Shown: positions 31,412 through 41,133, counted from the first letter of the stretch. The stretch is 64,000 bases of DNA from Candidatus Saccharimonadia bacterium (GCA_023253175.1 JALRHH010000001.1:24130-88129); one strand, 5' to 3'. Program-made: numbers and translations. The notes: generated by a model not told the origin, from the letters alone.

Positions 31412-32329
31412 ATGAAGAAATTACTTGAGGGAACACGACAGGGTGGCTTTGTCTCGAAAATGGGATCGGCAATAATATCACCTAAATTTATTATTTCAGT
31501 TGGAATTGTGCTTGTGCTGAGTTCATTTGGCGTTTGGCAGTACCATCGAATGACAAACCAAGACAGGGTATTTTGGGGTATGGTAAGTAATAATCTCCAG
31601 GTGAGCTCTTACTCTCGTCATACGTATCAAAAGAGCGGAGCACAGAGTGTTGATCAGGTGTTTGAAACAGCTACCTCTCCGCAAAATAAAGTTTTCTCGA
31701 AAACTGTATTTACGCAAACCGGTGTCGATTCGGCAACTGCGGTTACTGAAAATATCGGTACGCCAACTGCCGACTATGTCCGTTATACGAGTGTGGAGAC
31801 TGCTCAAAAGCAGGATTTCAGCAGCGTACTTGGTCTCTGGGGTAAATCAGAAGCTGAATCTGGCGCGACCCAGGGCCAGATTTACAATCAGTCAGTGCTT
31901 GGCGTGGCACCAATTGGTAACCTGAGCGCATCGGATCGTAGAGAGCTGATTAAAATTATGAAAGATACAAAGGCGTATGAATATAGAGTCGTTGAGACAA
32001 AGCACAGCTTTCCATTCTATAGGCCTAATCACACTATGATGGTAACTGTTAATCCGGTTGGATACATTACTGCGCTTAAGAAATATGCGCAGTTTACGGG
32101 GCTTAACCACTTGAAGGATGTTAACCCGGATGAGTATGCTCAGTCAGCTAAACTTTCTTTCACTGTATCAATTGATGGCTGGACTCATCAGATGACCGAG
32201 ACGTCGCAGAGTAGTGGTGGTAAGCGAGAGGTTATTTCCGGTGTGAATATGCGCAAGACACTCCCGCCTGCACCTAAAGATGCAATTTCTGTTGACGAAC
32301 TTCAGTCAAAGCTACAGCTTATTCAGTAG
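31412..32329 (+). CDS. Hypothetical membrane-anchored protein
   Basis: Start set at the ATG at 31412 (MKKLLEG...). The longer ORF from 31295 would run through the repeat and terminator. One N-terminal TM helix, then a hydrophilic domain. Confidence 0.5.
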   Translation: MKKLLEGTRQGGFVSKMGSAIISPKFIISVGIVLVLSSFGVWQYHRMTNQDRVFWGMVSNNLQVSSYSRHTYQKSGAQSVDQVFETATSPQNKVFSKTVFTQTGVDSATAVTENIGTPTADYVRYTSVETAQKQDFSSVLGLWGKSEAESGATQGQIYNQSVLGVAPIGNLSASDRRELIKIMKDTKAYEYRVVETKHSFPFYRPNHTMMVTVNPVGYITALKKYAQFTGLNHLKDVNPDEYAQSAKLSFTVSIDGWTHQMTETSQSSGGKREVISGVNMRKTLPPAPKDAISVDELQSKLQLIQ

Positions 32330-32386
32330 TTGAGGTATAATTTATAGCCAGAATAATGGACTAATTCTGTTAGTGGGAGGGTAGCT

Positions 32387-34003
32387 ATGCAGCCAAACGA
32401 TCCAAATAAAACTGATATCTCAGGAGACAAGTCTGAATTGCCGCAAGATAATCTTCCTGGTGCTCCGGAGCTTCCAAGTGATACCAATAAATCATCAGAT
32501 ACGCTGACAAGTGAATCCCAACAGAATAATATCCCAGAAGAAAAGCCACCAGTGTCTGATCAGAGTAGAGAAGCTGCTTCTGTTTCACAAGAGGCCAGCA
32601 CGGTAGACGAATCACCTGCTTCCGTACCAGTACCTGCTGGTGTGGTAGATAATTCACCTAAAAAGCGCAGTAAGAAAACAAAGCTGCTTATCGCGGTAAT
32701 TGCGGCACTGTTGGTTCTCGGCGGCGGTGGAGTTGGCGCCTACTTTACCTTATATGTTCCAAATAAGCCTGAAAACATCTGGAAGAGTGCGATGATTAAT
32801 TCGGGCAAAGTATATGACGAAGCAGTTACTTTTGCGACGAAAGAGCGTACCGATAAAGCAATGAAGATCGAAGGAAGCTATGATCTCGATGGTGCTATAG
32901 AGTCGGACGGAAAAGTCAACGGCGAATGGAAGGGCTTTGACGGTAAGGTTAATGGTGAAGTTTCTGCCTCAGGAATTAAGGTTGGATTTGACGTGCGTAC
33001 CATAAAAGCAAACGATGAGTCTGCCGATCTATACTTTAAACTGACTGGCTTGCAGGGACTTAAGTCACTGATTGGCGGAGGTAATGAAATTGGATCTATG
33101 CTTGATGGTGTAAATGACCAGTGGTTTGTGGTTGACCATACGCTCTTTGAGCAGTTAGCAGCCGGAGGTACCGAAGAAAAATTTACAACCAAGGATTACA
33201 GAGAACTACTTCAAAAAACAAACGCTCCAACCAAGGAGTATCTGCTTAGTCCAGATCCGCAAAAAGCCGTATTCTTTGTGAAGGAGCAAATTGGTTCCGA
33301 AAATAAAGAAGGCCGTGATACGTATAAGTATAAAGTCGGATACAATAACGAAAACTTCGGTAAGTACGTAGAAGCACTTTGTAACGCAGTCAAGGACGAC
33401 AAGATCGGTAAAACATTGCTTGAGAACGAGAAGAAGAGCTGTACAGACCTTGGCAAAGAAGCCGCAAAAGAAGACACAGACCAGACAGCAGAAGTATGGG
33501 TTGATAAGCGTACAAAGCTTCCACACGTCGTCCGCATTTCGGATCCTGAGAATAGTGAGAACTGGATTGAGCTGGGACAAGACTATCAGGGTGGTGATGA
33601 GTTCCCGATGAGCATCAAATTCAAGGGCAAGGAAAAGAATCAGGAAATTGAAGCTGATATTAAATCAGTCGTAAACACCAAGACTGACGCGCTATCAATT
33701 AATGGTACGTTCAGCGTCAAGGGTGGTTCGAGTAAGAATATTAGTGGTAAGGTTAAGCTCAAATTAACGCAAAGCAATGACTCCTCAGTGAAAGTTGACA
33801 AGCCAGAGAATGCAAAATCAATTACTGAGCTTATGGATAGTCTGGGTCTTGATGGGTTATTGGGCGGTGGTACTAGTACTAGAAGCCCTTCATTAAGAAC
33901 TCATCTCAATGATGAAGCGCAGCAATGCGCTGCTCTGATGGAAACATCCGATAATAGCAATGATGAATCTGCAATTCCTGCAGAGTGTAGTGATAGTCTG
34001 TAG
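32387..34003 (+). CDS. Hypothetical surface protein with S/T/P/Q-rich N-terminal low-complexity region and a single TM anchor
   Basis: GGGAGG RBS. A 100-aa low-complexity segment, a TM helix (LLIAVIAALLVLGGGGVGAYF), then a ~400-aa extracytoplasmic domain with Cys residues near the C-terminus. Confidence 0.55.
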   Translation: MQPNDPNKTDISGDKSELPQDNLPGAPELPSDTNKSSDTLTSESQQNNIPEEKPPVSDQSREAASVSQEASTVDESPASVPVPAGVVDNSPKKRSKKTKLLIAVIAALLVLGGGGVGAYFTLYVPNKPENIWKSAMINSGKVYDEAVTFATKERTDKAMKIEGSYDLDGAIESDGKVNGEWKGFDGKVNGEVSASGIKVGFDVRTIKANDESADLYFKLTGLQGLKSLIGGGNEIGSMLDGVNDQWFVVDHTLFEQLAAGGTEEKFTTKDYRELLQKTNAPTKEYLLSPDPQKAVFFVKEQIGSENKEGRDTYKYKVGYNNENFGKYVEALCNAVKDDKIGKTLLENEKKSCTDLGKEAAKEDTDQTAEVWVDKRTKLPHVVRISDPENSENWIELGQDYQGGDEFPMSIKFKGKEKNQEIEADIKSVVNTKTDALSINGTFSVKGGSSKNISGKVKLKLTQSNDSSVKVDKPENAKSITELMDSLGLDGLLGGGTSTRSPSLRTHLNDEAQQCAALMETSDNSNDESAIPAECSDSL

Positions 34004-34011
34004 AAGCTTAG

Positions 34012-35292
34012 ATGAAAAAACTAGCCCGACTACTTGTAGTACTTGTCCTGGGTTGGCAAGTCCGTAGACTGAGGGAGAAGCATTCATTTAAGATTGTTGG
34101 TGTTGTCGGTAGTATCGGCAAAACCAGCACCAAGCGGGCTATCGCAGAATCACTTGGTAGTACTATTCGGGTTCGGTACCAGGCTGGAAATTATAATGAC
34201 CTTGCATCTGTGCCATTAGTGTTTTTTGGACAAGACATGCCTTCATTGTTTAATCCATTTGCGTGGCTTAGAGTGTTCGTTATTAACGAGCGCATATTAT
34301 CTCGGCCGTATCCATTTGATGTGGTGGTAGTTGAAGTTGGCACCGATGGCCCTGGACAGATTGCCGCTTTTTCTAAGTACTTACATCTAGATGTAGCCGT
34401 TGTAACCGCAATCGCTCCAGAACACATGCAATCCTTCGCGGACTTAGACGCAGTTGCTGCCGAAGAATTATCAGTTGCTAACTATACCAATATGTTGATT
34501 GCGAATGCTGACCTTGTAGACGAGAAGTATCTGCAAGATCTGAGCAGCTTAATCACGTATTCAATTCGGAAAGCTGCTGATTACCGTGGTAAGACTGGCG
34601 TGTACAAAAAAGGTTACAGTGACATTACGATTACAAAACAGAACAAAGTAATTGCCGCTGAACGTTTACCGATTTTTTCTGAGGCGCAATTATATTCTGC
34701 AATTGCTGCAAGTAGTGTATGGGATGTGCTTGGTATTGAGCCTGCTGGGATTTCAATGGGCCTGGCTGCAATAACACCAGTTCCTGGAAGAATGCAGCTA
34801 CTTGAAGGTGTCAAAGGCACGACAATCATTGATGATAGCTATAACGCGAGTCCCGAGGCTGTCATTTCATCACTGGACACGGTATATAAATTACCAGCTG
34901 ACCATAAAATAGCGGTGCTCGGTAATATGAACGAGCTTGGTAGTTTCAGTAAAGATGCTCATATCTTTGTAGGCGAGCATTGTAATCCGAAAGAGCTTGA
35001 TGAGGTTATAACTATCGGCCCTGATGCAAATCGATATCTTGCTGAAACTGCGCGGAGCCAAGGCTGCCGTGTGTCATCGTACGAATCGCCGTACGAAGCG
35101 GGTGAATACCTAAAATCTATCCTCCGTAAAGATAGTCTCGTGCTCGTGAAGGGTTCTCAGAACCGAGTGTTTGCCGAAGAAACAGTCAAATCAATATTAG
35201 CCAATCCTGATGATACTAGCAGATTGGTACGTCAGTCTGATGACTGGATGGCGATAAAAAAGGCTCAATTTGCAGCCCCACAAGAAGTCTAG
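34012..35292 (+). CDS. Mur ligase family protein (MurF-like; lacks the usual N-terminal domain)
   Basis: P-loop VGVVGSIGKTSTKRA resembles the GSSGKTSVK motif of MurF. Mur-ligase central and C-terminal domains are present. The P-loop is only ~35 residues from the N-terminus. Confidence 0.65.
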   Translation: MKKLARLLVVLVLGWQVRRLREKHSFKIVGVVGSIGKTSTKRAIAESLGSTIRVRYQAGNYNDLASVPLVFFGQDMPSLFNPFAWLRVFVINERILSRPYPFDVVVVEVGTDGPGQIAAFSKYLHLDVAVVTAIAPEHMQSFADLDAVAAEELSVANYTNMLIANADLVDEKYLQDLSSLITYSIRKAADYRGKTGVYKKGYSDITITKQNKVIAAERLPIFSEAQLYSAIAASSVWDVLGIEPAGISMGLAAITPVPGRMQLLEGVKGTTIIDDSYNASPEAVISSLDTVYKLPADHKIAVLGNMNELGSFSKDAHIFVGEHCNPKELDEVITIGPDANRYLAETARSQGCRVSSYESPYEAGEYLKSILRKDSLVLVKGSQNRVFAEETVKSILANPDDTSRLVRQSDDWMAIKKAQFAAPQEV

Positions 35293-35334
35293 TTTTTACG
35301 CATCGACGCCTACGGTGTTACAATAGATGCGATT

Positions 35335-37779
35335 ATGACACAACGATACAATCCAAAAGACATTGAGCCAAAGTGGCAGCAAATTTGGGATGAGCAGCAA
35401 ATTTACAAGGCTGATCTTCGCAGTGACAAGCCAAAGTACTTGGCGATGAGCATGTTCAATTACCCAAGTGGGGCTGGTATTCATATTGGACATGCCATGA
35501 ATTACACGATCAGTGATGTTAAGGCTCGCTTTAAGCGCCAGCTCGGCCATGAAAGTTACCATCCAATTGGTTGGGATGCATTTGGTTTGCCCGCGGAGAA
35601 CTATGCTATCAAGGCTGGTGTTTCGCCTCAGCAGAGCATGGCGACGATTATCCCTAGCTATCATACGCAGTACAAGGCAATGGGTTGGAGCAACGACTGG
35701 AGCAAAGAAATTGCCACCCACACACCTGAATATTACAAATGGACCCAATGGATTTTCCTTAAGATGTATGAGCAGGGTCTTGCATACCAAGACGCGCGAA
35801 TGCAGTGGTGGTGCACGAAGTGTCAAACCGTTCTTGCAAATGAGCAGATTATTGACGGTAAATGCTGGCGACACGATGCTGCTGATGATCCGATTGTGGA
35901 GCAAAAGGAAGTTAAACAGTGGTTTTTCAAGATTACTGAATATGCTGATGAGCTACTTGATTCTATTGATGATCTTGATTGGACGGAGAGCGTAAAGCTT
36001 GCGCAGAAAAACTGGATCGGACGAAGCATTGGTGCAGAAGTTGCTTTCGCCGTTGATGGTACTGACGAAAAGATCACTGTGTTTACAACGCGAGTCGACA
36101 CCCTTTTTGGCGCTACTTTCTTGGTTCTGGCGCCAGAACACGAACTTGTAGAAACACTCACGGCTGCAGATCAAAAAGATGCTGTACAGGCCTATGTAAA
36201 GCAAACGCAGAAGAAGACAGAAGTAGAGCGTCAAGCGAGTAAAGAGAAGACTGGCGTTTTCACTGGGGCGTACGCCATTAATCCTATGACTGGCAATCAG
36301 ATCCCGATTTGGATTGCTGATTATGTTCTGACCGGTTACGGTACGGGGGCTATTATGGCGGTTCCCGCACACGATGAACGAGACAACCAGTTCGCTCAGA
36401 TTTTTGGCCTACCAATCGTTGAGGCATATGATCCACTGCAAGCGGATGAGCCATTTGGCGGCGAGGGCGTTGTTAAAAACTCTGGTGTGTATAATGGATT
36501 ATCTACAGCCGAAGCACGCGAAAAAATGGTCATTGATTTGGCCGCAAACGGTGTTGGCCAGGAAAAGATTAATTACAAAATGCGCGACTGGAGTGTATCA
36601 AGACAGCGTTACTGGGGCGCGCCAATTCCAATAATTTACTGTAGTGATTGTGGCACGGTACCCGTGCCGGAAGCTGATCTGCCAGTTGTCTTGCCTGAGC
36701 TTACGGATTTTGCGCCTGCTGGTGATGGCCGCAGCGCGTTGGCTCGTGCTACGGATTGGCTGCAAGTTGATTGTCCAAGCTGTGGCGGTGACGCAGAGCG
36801 TGAAACTGATACACTCGACACTTACATTTGTAGCAGTTGGTACATGCTCCGTTACATGGACCCACATAATGCGGATGCAATTTTTGATACTAATCTTGCG
36901 AACAAGTGGGCACCTGTTGATTTCTATAACGGAGCAGACCATGCGACGGCACATATGTTGTACGCTCGTTTCGTTACAAGGTTCTTCCATAAGCTTGGAC
37001 TCATTAACAACCCTGAACCATTTAAGCAGTTCTTGTTTAACGGTAAAGTTACGGCGAGTGACGGCCAGATGTTCAGTAAATCAAAAGGCAATGGTGTTGA
37101 CCCACTGGAAATTATCAACAGTGGTTACGGAGCCGATTCCCTCCGCACCTATCTGATGTTTGCTGCTCCGCTTGAAGTCTGGGCGAAGTGGGACCCACAG
37201 GGTGTCCCTGGCACATATCGATTTTTGAACCGAGTGTGGACGATTGTTCAGGAGTACCTTGAATTGCCTGATGGTCAGGTTTCTGACGACACTGTCAAAA
37301 AGCTGCGCCGTACAACACACACGATGATCAAGAAGATGACCGACGATATCAATGAAAATCGTTACAACACGGCAATCGCAGCTGCGATGGCTAATATCAA
37401 TGAACTGTATAAGCTGAAGACTCAAGAATTCAGTAAATCAGAGGCATGGCACGAAGCACTGAGTAGTGCTGTGGCTTGTATCGCGCCGTTTGCGCCGCAT
37501 ATTGCCGACGAACTTTGGCAGCAGCTTGGTTACGAGACGAGTGTTCAGAAGGATAGCTGGCCTACATATGATGAGGCATATCTTATAACAGATGAGATTA
37601 CTATCGTGGTGCAGGTGAATGGTAAGGTGCGTGCAGAGCTGCAGGTCTCGGCGGATATTAGCCAAGAAGATGCAATCGCGCTTGCGAGCAGTCATGAAAA
37701 AATCCTGGCACTGACTGCAGGATCTGATATCAAGAAAGCCATTTACGTGCCCGGCCGGCTCGTGAATCTGGTCATCTAA
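35335..37779 (+). CDS. leuS: Leucine--tRNA ligase
   Basis: HIGH motif (PSGAGIHIGHAMNY), CP1 editing domain, KMSKS-equivalent (QMFSKSKGN), and the LeuS-specific C-terminal domain. Confidence 0.95.
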   Translation: MTQRYNPKDIEPKWQQIWDEQQIYKADLRSDKPKYLAMSMFNYPSGAGIHIGHAMNYTISDVKARFKRQLGHESYHPIGWDAFGLPAENYAIKAGVSPQQSMATIIPSYHTQYKAMGWSNDWSKEIATHTPEYYKWTQWIFLKMYEQGLAYQDARMQWWCTKCQTVLANEQIIDGKCWRHDAADDPIVEQKEVKQWFFKITEYADELLDSIDDLDWTESVKLAQKNWIGRSIGAEVAFAVDGTDEKITVFTTRVDTLFGATFLVLAPEHELVETLTAADQKDAVQAYVKQTQKKTEVERQASKEKTGVFTGAYAINPMTGNQIPIWIADYVLTGYGTGAIMAVPAHDERDNQFAQIFGLPIVEAYDPLQADEPFGGEGVVKNSGVYNGLSTAEAREKMVIDLAANGVGQEKINYKMRDWSVSRQRYWGAPIPIIYCSDCGTVPVPEADLPVVLPELTDFAPAGDGRSALARATDWLQVDCPSCGGDAERETDTLDTYICSSWYMLRYMDPHNADAIFDTNLANKWAPVDFYNGADHATAHMLYARFVTRFFHKLGLINNPEPFKQFLFNGKVTASDGQMFSKSKGNGVDPLEIINSGYGADSLRTYLMFAAPLEVWAKWDPQGVPGTYRFLNRVWTIVQEYLELPDGQVSDDTVKKLRRTTHTMIKKMTDDINENRYNTAIAAAMANINELYKLKTQEFSKSEAWHEALSSAVACIAPFAPHIADELWQQLGYETSVQKDSWPTYDEAYLITDEITIVVQVNGKVRAELQVSADISQEDAIALASSHEKILALTAGSDIKKAIYVPGRLVNLVI

Positions 37780-37834
37780 GCATATATAGCGTTCAATTTG
37801 GATAATTAGTCTTGTTTGATGTACTATTTCGGTA

Positions 37835-39052
37835 ATGGGTATATTCAAAACCAAAATTACACATATAGTCATCATTTTTGTTGCAGCATGCGTAGGTTTT
37901 ATTTCTATGTCCATCGCGAATGCCGCACCAGCTGACGGCAGCAAGAGTGCCTCTTGTGAGACGCTTAATATAGTCGCCGACGGTAATGCCGGCTGTGATG
38001 ATGGGGCTGCAGAAAAGCGAGTCAGCGGTGTCATAAGGAATATAGTGCAGATTATTAGTATCGCGGCAGGGATTATCGCTGTTATTATGCTGATAGTTGC
38101 CGGTCTGAAATACATTACCAGTAACGGTGATGCTAATGCTATTGGGTCGGCTAAACGAACGATCATATATGCGATTGTGGGGCTTGTAATAGCCGCCAGT
38201 GCTCAGATTATTGTACAGCTTGTTCTAAATAGGTCAGTCTCTTCGGTCAGTCCTGGAGTAAATCAACAGGCTATAGACGAAGCTCGAGGGGAGCTTGATA
38301 GCGCCCGGGAAGTGTTGGGTGAAAAAGAAGCAGCACTCGAGAAGGCCGATCCTGATGAAAAAACGGATGCCAAGCGAGAATACGATGTAGCACTTGAAAA
38401 GTTTGAGCTTGTAAGTAATCAACTTGATGATGCATCAGTTGGTAGTGGACCTAAATCGGCTCCCACTGCCACTAAAGCAGTCTGCTATAACGTACCAATT
38501 ACCCACGGCAGCAAAGTAGAAGGCAGGATGTACCATAAGTTAGACGGTCAGACATATGCATTCGAAAATTCCCCCGAAGGGATCGCCTATGCTGCTAAGC
38601 ATGGCTATGACTCAATTGATCTTGACGTGCATGTCTCAAAAGACGGAATTCCTGTTGCAACACACTGGGGCAGGCCTATGGCCAACGACGGCTTCTATGA
38701 CCCTGAAGGTAGACTCGGTAAAGATACTCAGGTTAGCGACATGACATATGCTCAATTGCACCGACTCAAGAACAAAGATGGACAGAGTAGAATCTATTCT
38801 CTAAAAGAGATGACTAGACACTTGTACAGGTATAAAATCTCACTATCACTTGAGGTCAAAGCGCCCCGCACCTTGCCGAAATACTATAAAAGTATTGCCA
38901 GTCAACTGAATGGCTACCGCATAAAAGCGATAGTAAAAGCAGACGCTAACCAGGCTAGCATGCGTGACGCACTTTCTGATGCTCGCAAAGTGGGTTTCTG
39001 GACCCGCGGAACAGAAGGTAGCCAGGGATGGAAGAAGCCATCCTGTGGTTAA
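37835..39052 (+). CDS. Fusion protein: TrbC/VirB2-type (T4SS-like) pilin N-terminal domain + coiled-coil linker + glycerophosphodiester phosphodiesterase (GDPD/PLC-like) domain
   Basis: Signal peptide ending ANA-AP; a Cys pair (SCETLNIVADGNAGCDDG); two adjacent TM helices (VIRNIVQIISIAAGIIAVIMLIVAGL / TIIYAIVGLVIAASAQIIVQLV) as in VirB2/TrbC pilins. The C-terminal domain carries ITHGS..AFENSPEGIAYAAKHGYDSIDLDVHVSKDGIPVATHWG..SLEVK, which matches the GDPD (HRG..PENT..G.D.iE.DV..TKDG..VV.HD..E.K) pattern. Confidence 0.65.
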   Translation: MGIFKTKITHIVIIFVAACVGFISMSIANAAPADGSKSASCETLNIVADGNAGCDDGAAEKRVSGVIRNIVQIISIAAGIIAVIMLIVAGLKYITSNGDANAIGSAKRTIIYAIVGLVIAASAQIIVQLVLNRSVSSVSPGVNQQAIDEARGELDSAREVLGEKEAALEKADPDEKTDAKREYDVALEKFELVSNQLDDASVGSGPKSAPTATKAVCYNVPITHGSKVEGRMYHKLDGQTYAFENSPEGIAYAAKHGYDSIDLDVHVSKDGIPVATHWGRPMANDGFYDPEGRLGKDTQVSDMTYAQLHRLKNKDGQSRIYSLKEMTRHLYRYKISLSLEVKAPRTLPKYYKSIASQLNGYRIKAIVKADANQASMRDALSDARKVGFWTRGTEGSQGWKKPSCG

Positions 39053-39076
39053 TTAATACGAATCAGCAGCCATCTC

Positions 39077-39105
39077 TTGAGTTTTACGCTGTTATACGCT
39101 ATAAT
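39077..39105 (+). promoter_or_regulatory. Sigma70-like promoter for rpmF: TTGAGT-17-TATAAT
   Basis: -35 at 39077-39082, a 17-nt spacer, and a consensus -10 at 39100-39105. Confidence 0.5.
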
Positions 39106-39149
39106 TGCAGGGAATTTTTGTTAAATTACATCTAAAAGGAATATTCACT

Positions 39150-39293
39150 ATGGGAAAGCCAAAGAAGCGCACTAGTCCACGTCGCACCGGCGCACGTCGC
39201 AGCCACTTGCTCGTTAAGTTAGCTCGTGCTGTCAACTCAAAGTCTCCAGTCAAGGCATATACAACTCGCCGCGAATCTGGCAAAAAAGCTTAA
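39150..39293 (+). CDS. rpmF: 50S ribosomal protein L32 (bL32), Cys-less form
   Basis: MGKPKKRTSPRRTGARRSH matches the bL32 N-terminal signature (PKRKTS.SRR..RR.H). AAAGGA RBS 9 nt upstream of the ATG at 39150. 47 aa. Confidence 0.7.
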   Translation: MGKPKKRTSPRRTGARRSHLLVKLARAVNSKSPVKAYTTRRESGKKA

Positions 39294-39362
39294 GGTAAAA
39301 ACTAAAGCATATCCGTCTTAGGTACGGTATACTGGTAGTAACATAAACGGATACTTAACAAT

Positions 39363-39833
39363 ATGGCATCAAACCGTCACCTTGGTCGCATCATTGCACT
39401 CCAGACGCTCTACGAAGAAGAGTTTCGCCTAGAGTGCCAAGACAAGGACTTTCAGCTGAAGGACGTACTTGATCGAAATATTCGGCGTTATGCTGATATG
39501 GTCGATGATAGTGCGTTCATTGAGCAGCTCGTAAAAGGGGTTGATGCCAAGAAGTCAGAACTCGATAGCGTCTTGCAGCCGATTGCTCCAGAATGGCCAA
39601 TTGAGCAGATTGCCCGCATGGATCGTATCGTACTCCGTATTGGCGCGTATGAGCTTGTATTCGGCACTGATGTTCCACCAAAAGTTGTAATCAACGAGGC
39701 TGTCGAGCTTGCAAAAGCATTCGGTGGTGAAAACTCATCAAAGTTCGTAAATGGTGTACTCGGTACACTGCTCAGGCAACGTGAAGGCGATGAAAGCGTA
39801 GACAAGAAGCCAGAACAGAAAGAAGCTGCGTAG
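39363..39833 (+). CDS. nusB: Transcription antitermination factor NusB
   Basis: RIIALQTLYEEEF..., ...NEAVELAKAFGGENSSKFVNGVLGTL match the conserved NusB helices. Confidence 0.85.
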   Translation: MASNRHLGRIIALQTLYEEEFRLECQDKDFQLKDVLDRNIRRYADMVDDSAFIEQLVKGVDAKKSELDSVLQPIAPEWPIEQIARMDRIVLRIGAYELVFGTDVPPKVVINEAVELAKAFGGENSSKFVNGVLGTLLRQREGDESVDKKPEQKEAA

Positions 39834-39838
39834 AGAAG

Positions 39839-40342
39839 ATGAAGAAGCCAAACAACCCCCTTGGCGGCTTTAAGAAATTTGTAACCAGAAAGCGTCCTGC
39901 TATTAGCGAGGTGGTTCGTGAGCCAACCGCGGGCGGTATTGTTTTTCGTGGCAATACGAAAGATAACAGTCTAGAAATACTACTTATCCAAGATGCTAAG
40001 AACCGCTGGACAATTCCTAAGGGACATATTGAAGACGGCGAATCTGCTAAAGAGTGTGCCGAGCGCGAGATTCGCGAGGAGACGGGCCTGCAGGAAATGA
40101 AAGTCCTGAACTGGCTGGGGAAGATTAATTTCCGCTACCGTCGTCAACAGAGTCTTGTGCTCATGACAACTGAAATTTTCCTCGTGCAGGCGCAAGGTGA
40201 TACTGATAAGTTAAATCCAGAAGAATGGATGAATGGCATCAAATGGTTTCCAGCCCAAGAGGCACTTGATAAAATCGAATATGAAGATATCGGTAAGATT
40301 ATTTTGCTTGCAATGAAAAAAATACGGAACGGTAAATTTTAG
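39839..40342 (+). CDS. NUDIX hydrolase
   Basis: NUDIX box GHIEDGESAKECAEREIREETGL (GX5EX7REUXEEXGU). Confidence 0.85.
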   Translation: MKKPNNPLGGFKKFVTRKRPAISEVVREPTAGGIVFRGNTKDNSLEILLIQDAKNRWTIPKGHIEDGESAKECAEREIREETGLQEMKVLNWLGKINFRYRRQQSLVLMTTEIFLVQAQGDTDKLNPEEWMNGIKWFPAQEALDKIEYEDIGKIILLAMKKIRNGKF

Positions 40343-40347
40343 AAATC

Positions 40348-41043
40348 ATGGACATTGGTAAGTATCAGGCATTTGCTGAACAAAAGCTCGGCGTAACATT
40401 TAAAGATATTGATTTGCTCGTAACGGCATTTACGCACCGATCGTACGTGAACGAACACCGCAAGACGGCCAAGGAACACAACGAGCGGCTTGAATTTTTG
40501 GGCGACGCAGTGCTTGAACTCGTTTCAACAGAATACCTCTACGGCAACTACAGCGAGCCAGAAGGTATTTTGACGAACTGGCGCAGCAGCCTGGTTCGGA
40601 CTGAGAGTATCAGTGCGGCAGCGGCACGTAATGATTTTGAGCCGCTTCTGCGCCTCAGCCGAGGCGAGCGCCGTGGCACCGAACGCGCCCGTGCACAGAT
40701 TCTTGCTAACTGCTACGAGGCCGTTGTCGGTGCGCTATACCTTGACCAGGGTTATGATGCGGCCAAGGACTTTATTACAAAGAGCCTGCTTGTTACATTT
40801 GATGAAATCCTCAAGACCGGCTCCTGGATGGATCCTAAATCTCATTTACAGGAGTTAGTCCAGAGTAAAGACGGTTTTACACCAGTATACAAAGTCTTGG
40901 GTGAAGAAGGCCCTGACCATGATAAAGTTTTCACTGTTGGCGTCTTTGTAAATGGTGAACTAAAGGGCAAGGGCAGCGGCCCAAGCAAGCAGAACGGCCA
41001 AGTAGCCGCCGCCGAGGCTGCCCTAAAACTTTACGTTGATTAG
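40348..41043 (+). CDS. rnc: Ribonuclease III
   Basis: RNase III signature ERLEFLGDAVLELV, catalytic acidic residues, and a C-terminal dsRBD (KSHLQELVQ...GSGPSKQNGQVAAAEAAL). Confidence 0.9.
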   Translation: MDIGKYQAFAEQKLGVTFKDIDLLVTAFTHRSYVNEHRKTAKEHNERLEFLGDAVLELVSTEYLYGNYSEPEGILTNWRSSLVRTESISAAAARNDFEPLLRLSRGERRGTERARAQILANCYEAVVGALYLDQGYDAAKDFITKSLLVTFDEILKTGSWMDPKSHLQELVQSKDGFTPVYKVLGEEGPDHDKVFTVGVFVNGELKGKGSGPSKQNGQVAAAEAALKLYVD

Positions 41044-41052
41044 TCTTATCTG

Positions 41053-41081
41053 TTGACAACAGGGGTGAAATCCTGTATTAT
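41053..41081 (+). promoter_or_regulatory. Strong sigma70-like promoter for rpsP: TTGACA-17-TATTAT
   Basis: Consensus -35 at 41053-41058, a 17-nt spacer, and -10 at 41076-41081. Confidence 0.6.
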
Positions 41082-41133
41082 CTGCTAGTTAACAATTAAT
41101 CTCTTTATAGGGAATATGTGAGAAAGGAATAAC

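Noticed and set aside
37438-38166. 242-aa minus-strand ORF, and similar long antisense ORFs (16145-16825, 7072-7725, 12105-12581, 35296-35904, 41089-41769, 36644-37156)
   Set aside because: All are shadow ORFs embedded antisense or out-of-frame within confidently identified genes (pilin-GDPD, SBP, trhO, uvrC, leuS, rpsP). They lack RBSs and recognisable domains.
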